Assembly (NCBI GenBank): GCA_022605425.2
Contig: CM061251.1
Coordinates: 806,001-870,000 of the forward strand
Reading direction: 5' to 3'
From: Hamiltosporidium tvaerminnensis FI-OER-3-3
Lineage: Eukaryota; Fungi; Microsporidia
Length of the DNA: 64,000 nt
The translations under genes and the position numbers were made by a program. How positions within the stretch are numbered: the stretch's first letter is position 1; each line of letters opens with the position of its first letter. The notes beneath the pieces were generated by a model that ran no database searches, had not been told where the DNA came from, and worked only from the letters and a program-made list of their open reading frames with translations. This document shows positions 58,805 through 64,000 of this stretch, one piece after another.

Positions 58805-59935
58805 TTATTGTAATAAAATTCAGGGTTAAAACATTTTTACCATTTTTTTATGTTTTCTTCTACCTCTTTAACCACTATTGTCTCTTCTTCCAAATCAGAC
58901 TCTTCATTTATGTTATTGGTCGGTTCCCCTAAAGGGTTCCTCCTTGAGAAATAAAGGGTGCTTTATATTTTGGTTTGAAATTTTAACACCATCTTCCTCT
59001 CTTTTCGCTTCTTTTAAAGGGGGTATTGGTTCCTCATGCATCTCTGATCTCATAATAACACCCATTGACGCTCTTTCCCAACTCTCTTCGGCATTTAGTC
59101 CTGACTCAAGTCCTCTTCGTCGATCAAAGGAAATTGTTTCGACTGTCTTCTTAAGTACTATAGACTGAATGTATGCCTCTACATTCATGGGTATTTCTAG
59201 TCTTTTAAGTTGAGATTTATGGTATTTTGTCACAATACCGTCCCAGGTCATCACATAAGGGATTATCTCAACACTACACCTATAAATAAGACCCAACTCA
59301 TTGGCTAGCAGGTCATACTTCCTAAGTTTTTCAGTTTCAACTATTTGAAGTGAATCTTGGGAAGTGATTCTCACTTCAATGAGTGTTATCTTATTCTTCC
59401 TCTTATCTAAAATAAATATGTCCGGTCTGTTATTCCGAATTTTAACATCAATTTTTATTCTAGTGTCCACTCTTATCTCTGCCTACTCATTATCAATAAT
59501 TTCTTGAACTGAGTGACTCCTAATTCGTTTTGAAGACTTAAACTTATATCTATTTAAGAGAAGTAAGTGTAGGCATCTAACCACTTCATTATGCCGTCTA
59601 GTGTAATCATGGCCTAGCATTTTTTCACATCTAGTTGCTAGATGATCTCCGTCTTACGAAACTTCCCGCAATGTTGACACACACCATCTGCTCCCCAGAA
59701 TACATTTCTATTCTGGATATAGCAGAACACAGCTTCATTTCGTGGCCTAATATTCCCTTTCTTTAACCATCTTGAAGAGTCACTAACATTCACGAGCTCA
59801 TTTTTACTTGCATTATATAACTTTGAGTGAAGTTTTGCCTTTTTCTATTTCATTATATAGTTTTGCAAGTTGAGCTTCTTCTAAACTTTTCTTAGTGACT
59901 TCTTCTACAAACCTGTACTTTACTTTTAAGAAGCA
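58805..59935 (-). mobile_element. 5'-truncated R4/Dong-type RLE retrotransposon inserted in the MAF1/NAP1 divergent promoter
   Basis: RPDIFILD...LIEV, KLRKYDLLANELG, IIPYVMTWDG. CCHC region frameshifted near 59645. Paralogue of 22565-23640. Confidence 0.92.
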
Positions 59936-59996
59936 AATAATTAAAAAATAAATTTTATTTTTTTTTTTAAAAACGGTATTTTCACACCCCAAAAAA

Positions 59997-60542
59997 ATGA
60001 TTGATGAAAATGTAGAAGAAATACAAAAAAGACTTTTAAATATACAAGAAGAATTAGACAACGAATATATAGAATATACCAAGAGAGACTTTGAACTAAA
60101 GTTATCTCATTATACACAAATAAAACCAATATTAGATCAAAGAGATTTAATATTTGCAGATTTAAAAAATCCCTGGGAACTTTGTTTTTTAAATTATGAA
60201 ATGGGCTGTGAATTATTACCGATCGATAAAAATAATAAAGTAATTGCAGATTTTATAGAAAATATTAAAGTTTGGTACGAAGAAAATTATTTTTGTTGCG
60301 TTGAAATTTCTTTTACAGACACAAATCCTTATTTCAGCAATAAAAAACTTTTAAAAAAATTTAGTGTTTTGTCAGAAGAAACAGAAAATACAAAAATAAA
60401 TTGGACAGAAAAAATAAATGCACCCATTTTTCAGTTCTTTGAAGAGGAAGAAGATATTCTTGAAACATTTGATGTTCTTTATGAAATGTACGTAAATGCT
60501 ATATTTTATCTTTCATTAGCAGAAGAACTAGAGAGTCAATAA
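59997..60542 (+). CDS. NAP1: NAP1/SET-family nucleosome assembly protein (short)
   Basis: LLNIQEELD...FELK......KPILDQRD.I, ISF..NPYFSNKKLLKKF, TKINW, IFQFF, AIFY. ACACCCC upstream. AATAAA overlaps the stop. Confidence 0.85.
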   Translation: MIDENVEEIQKRLLNIQEELDNEYIEYTKRDFELKLSHYTQIKPILDQRDLIFADLKNPWELCFLNYEMGCELLPIDKNNKVIADFIENIKVWYEENYFCCVEISFTDTNPYFSNKKLLKKFSVLSEETENTKINWTEKINAPIFQFFEEEEDILETFDVLYEMYVNAIFYLSLAEELESQ

Positions 60543-60839
60543 ATTTAGTTCTTGGTTTTAATTTTGTATGATTTTGTTACCTCTTTTTTATTTCTTAGTA
60601 TTTCTCTTCTATTTCTTAGTTATTACTTTTTTATTTTATATTAATTTAGTTTTAATTTTGTATTAATTTAGTTATCTCTTAGTTTTAATTTAATTATCTC
60701 TTAGTTTTATTTTATAAATACATATGTTTTAATATCACTAATTTATATTTAGTACTGATTCTTCTATCTTGTGGAAATACAACTTCAAAATAAAATTATT
60801 AAATAAAAAAAATGTATAAAACTGTAAATAATAAGAGAC

Positions 60840-61245
60840 TATAAATATAAATTATAGAAATTAATAGAAATTAAAAAAAAAGATAGAATGATAGAAGAAT
60901 ATAAAATTATAGAAATATAGAAATATAGAAATATAAAAATAGAAAAAGATGGAATAAACAGAATTATAATAAAAATATAGAAATTACTGAAATTAAAAAA
61001 TTATAGAAATTACTTAAATTTAAAAAACAGATAGAATTAATAGAAGAATATAAAAGATAGAATTAATAGAAATTAAAAAAAAAATAGAATTAATAGAAAT
61101 TATAGAAAAACAGAAATTAAAAAAATATAGATATTATAGAATTAAATAATTATAGAAATTAAAAAAAGATAAAAAACAGAATTATAATAAAAAATAAGAA
61201 TTATAGAACAGAAAACTATAGAAAATAAAAAAATAGAAAAAGTTT
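60840..61245 (+). repeat. Low-complexity ATAGAA(A/T)T array between NAP1 and RPL9
   Basis: Repeated TAGAAAT/TAGAATT units; almost no C on the + strand. Confidence 0.8.
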
Positions 61246-61248
61246 ATC

Positions 61249-61809
61249 TCAATGTCCTTCAATAATTCCTCTTTGTGACACATAGATACCATCAAGGAAA
61301 AGTCTGTCATCATATCTTAGAACTCTGCACTTATTCTGTATATTTCCTGCTGATTGTGACACATCTTCTATACTTGGTCCTTCAATCACAAGTGTATCCT
61401 TTTCATCACCAAGACGTGCATAAGATTCTCCAATCATTTGATATTTTCTTATAGCTTTTTCTCCAACAAAATTCTTAACAATTACTGTTTTACCGTTATC
61501 AACTATTTCAATACCAATAGGAAAATGTTTATAGACAGCTGTCAAAACATATCTAAAACCTGTCATACATCCTTTTATAGCATTCCTTATAATAGAAGCA
61601 CAAGTAATAATTTTACTTTGTTGTTTTTTAGTTCCATTCCAAAGTTTACAAATCAAATTATTATCTTCTAAGGCAAAGGTTACTGTTATATGAGATAAAT
61701 CTCGTATCAAAGTACACTTTGGTCCTTTAATTGTTATAATTTTATTGTTTATTTCAATACTGCAACCTTCTGGTATTTTTACTATTTCTTCCTTGTAAAG
61801 TTTCTTCAT
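61249..61809 (-). CDS. RPL9: 60S ribosomal protein L9 (uL6)
   Basis: IPEG...ITIKGPK..L.RDLSH, GFRY...VYKHFPI, VKNFVGEK, KDTLVIEG..IEDVSQSAG.IQ, D.RLFLDGIYVS. AACCCTTCA before the ATG. No intron. Confidence 0.97.
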   Translation of the reverse strand: MKKLYKEEIVKIPEGCSIEINNKIITIKGPKCTLIRDLSHITVTFALEDNNLICKLWNGTKKQQSKIITCASIIRNAIKGCMTGFRYVLTAVYKHFPIGIEIVDNGKTVIVKNFVGEKAIRKYQMIGESYARLGDEKDTLVIEGPSIEDVSQSAGNIQNKCRVLRYDDRLFLDGIYVSQRGIIEGH

Positions 61810-61930
61810 TGAAGGGTTTTTTAAATTTAAAAAATAAAAAAGTAGAAAAAAAATGGGTGACAGAGAAGATTTGGTTTAGAAAAACGTAAGATAATATGAG
61901 GGAAGGGGGACAGAGGATATAGAAATAAAT

Positions 61931-62650
61931 ATAAGGAAGTAGGAATATAAGGAAGTAGAAAAATAAGGAAGTAGGAATATAAGGAAGTAGAAAAATAAGG
62001 AAGTAGGAAAATAAGGAAGTAGGAAAATAAGGAAGTAAAGAAATAAGGAAGTAGAAAAATAAGGAAGTAGAAAAATAAGGAAGTAGGAATATAAGGAAGT
62101 AGAAAAATAAGGAAGTAGGAATATAAGGAAGTAGAAAAATAAGGAAGTAGGAAAATAAGGAAGTAGGAAAATAAGGAAGTAAAGAAATAAGGAAGTATAG
62201 AAATAAGGAAGTAGGAAAATAAGGAAGTAAAGAAATAAGGAAGTAGGAAAATAAGGAAGTAGGAAAATAAGGAAGTATAGAAATAAGGAAGTAGAAAAAT
62301 AAGGAAGTAGAAAAATAAGGAAGTAGGAATATAAGGAAGTAGAAAAATAAGGAAGTAGGAATATAAGGAAGTAGAAAAATAAGGAAGTAGGAAAATAAGG
62401 AAGTAGGAAAATAAGGAAGTAAAGAAATAAGGAAGTATAGAAATAAGGAAGTAGGAAAATAAGGAAGTAAAGAAATAAGGAAGTAGGAAAATAAGGAAGT
62501 AGGAAAATAAGGAAGTATAGAAATAAGGAAGTAGGAAAATAAGGAAGTAAAGAAATAAGGAAGTAGGAAAATAAGGAAGTAAAGAAATAAGGAAGTATAG
62601 AAATAAGGAAGTAAGAATATAAGGAAGTAAGAATATAAGGAAGTAAAGGA
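61931..62650 (+). repeat. 16-bp satellite ATAAGGAAGTA(G/A/T)(G/A)(A/G)A(A/T), ~45 units, with a 240-bp higher-order duplication
   Basis: Unit starts at 61931, 61947, 61963 and so on. 62041-62280 is identical to 62281-62520. Confidence 0.95.
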
Positions 62651-63402
62651 ATGTAAAGAATTAAGAAATAAATATAATTCGAATCTATAAATAATAGAAT
62701 TTATAGAGTAAAGGTTGTCACAGTAAATTTATAATAAAAAAAATTTATTATTTTTTAAGATTTAATTTCTGTTTTAAATAAAAAATTAAATTTTCTATAA
62801 ATTGAGAAAAAAAATTTATCAGTTTTTAAGATTTAATTTCTAAAAAAATTTTTAAATAAAAAATTAAATTTTCTATTAATTAAACAAAAAAAAATATATT
62901 TTTACGGTTCTATCCACGAACGCAATTTTTTTTTAAAAATTAAATAAGAAGAGTAAAATTTAGTAAAATAAGAAATAATATTGAAATACAAACCTGATGA
63001 TATATTTAAACCAAAGAAAATTTATGTACCCGCATGAAGTTATAAATTAGACTATAAAATATAAAATTTTTATTTTTATTAGAAATTTTATTTTTATTAG
63101 AATTTTTTTTTATTAGAAAGTTTTTTTTATTAGAATTTCTATTTTTTTTTTTAGAATTTTTTTTATTGAATTTCTTTTTTTCTCAAAACTTCTATTTTTA
63201 CTACAATGTTTATAAAATTGTATTTTTATATAAACCGACACTCCTTTTAAAATTATCAAAATAATCTAATTAGAATTCTTTTTTCAGAAAAATAAAATTT
63301 GACACAAATTATTTTACTTTTGATATCTTAAAAATATAAAAAGAAATTGATTCGTTAGTTAAAAAGGATATAAGAATTTAAGAAGTGAAAAAGTAGAAGA
63401 AA

Positions 63403-63558
63403 ATGTCTGAAAATAATAATGCGACGATCGTAATTCTAATTATATGTTTGATATTACTGTTTATTGTAATAACACCTACTTCAGTGTATTATGTGTATCA
63501 CTCGAATCAAGAAGGTGGATCAGGTGGCGATAGTGGGGGTGGAGACAAAAAAGATTAG
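63403..63558 (+). CDS. 51-aa single-pass membrane microprotein (not in ORF track)
   Basis: MSENNNATIVILIICLILLFIVITPTSVYYVYHSNQEGGSGGDSGGGDKKD*. GC-richer than its flanks. In-frame TAG just upstream of the ATG. AATAAA about 30 nt after the stop. Confidence 0.6.
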   Translation: MSENNNATIVILIICLILLFIVITPTSVYYVYHSNQEGGSGGDSGGGDKKD

Positions 63559-63659
63559 AAAACGAGATTGAAAGAGTTGTTTGAGTTAATAAATTGATAG
63601 TTTATATTTCGTTTACTATTTTACAATCAAGATTATATATTTATAAATTTATATAAAAA

Positions 63660-64000
63660 TCAAACATCTTCTATATTTGCTCCTAAAAAGTTTTCTATTT
63701 CCGATATTTCTTTAAATATAATACCCATATCTTCAAGACTAAACTCTTCGTTGTATGAATTTATAAAAACAATAAATCCATCTTTTTTTAATGAATTTAA
63801 ACATGTAACAATAATTCTTGAAATATCATTTTCGTAAAGAGAAATAAATTCAGATGCAGATTCTAAAATATTTATATCGATTTCAATCGGTATTTTATAT
63901 AATTTATAAATATAATAAAGAATATAAAGGTTTAAAGAAAATATAATAAAATCTTTTTTTATAATCGAATTAGATATTTCTTTTAGAAGTTCTTGATATA
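63660..64000 (-). CDS. 3' part of a gene entering from the right edge; possibly SNAPC1/SNAP43-like
   Basis: Open 112-codon frame YQELLKEISNSIIKKDFIIFSLNLYILYYIYKLYKIPIEIDINILESASEFISLYENDISRIIVTCLNSLKKDGFIVF...EDV*. LYILYYIY...I.I resembles SNAPC1 LYLLYGLY..Q...KIRV. The product is tentative. Confidence 0.6.
   Translation of the reverse strand, partial: YQELLKEISNSIIKKDFIIFSLNLYILYYIYKLYKIPIEIDINILESASEFISLYENDISRIIVTCLNSLKKDGFIVFINSYNEEFSLEDMGIIFKEISEIENFLGANIEDV

Noticed and set aside
61931-62650. Satellite as a CRISPR-like array or telomere
   Set aside because: The 5-bp variable parts recur and are not unique spacers. No cas genes, eukaryotic context, no TTAGG-type unit, and genes on both sides.

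Overview
Very AT-rich eukaryotic DNA, almost certainly from a large-genome microsporidian. The evidence is a PTP1-like polar tube gene, short intronless core genes with a CCC motif just before the ATG, an editing-deficient LeuRS, and expanded secreted LRR-like genes. A Hamiltosporidium-like organism is my inference, not a search result. Small islands of core genes (PTP1; DCC1-like/SAS10; DP/LeuRS; ZC3H11-like; a 733-aa unknown/MAF1/NAP1/RPL9/51-aa microprotein/partial SNAPC1-like) are separated by long tracts of decayed repeats. These include five copies of an R4/Dong-type RLE non-LTR retrotransposon, Ginger-type integrase transposons, a hAT transposase plus a nested hAT MITE, pogo- and Merlin-like fossils, and a tRNA-headed SINE with an RTE-like tail (2 copies). 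Two dispersed families are unidentified: A (about 0.7 kb, 5 copies) and B (0.5-0.9 kb, 4 copies). Highlights: a PTP1 with 90 consecutive prolines and extensin-like SYPPP repeats; RLE retroelements all lying sense-oriented upstream of genes or gene relics, one about 25 bp from the MAF1 ATG; family A; and a 16-bp satellite with an exact 240-bp higher-order repeat upstream of RPL9. All homology calls are by eye from remembered motifs, and boundaries of decayed elements are approximate.
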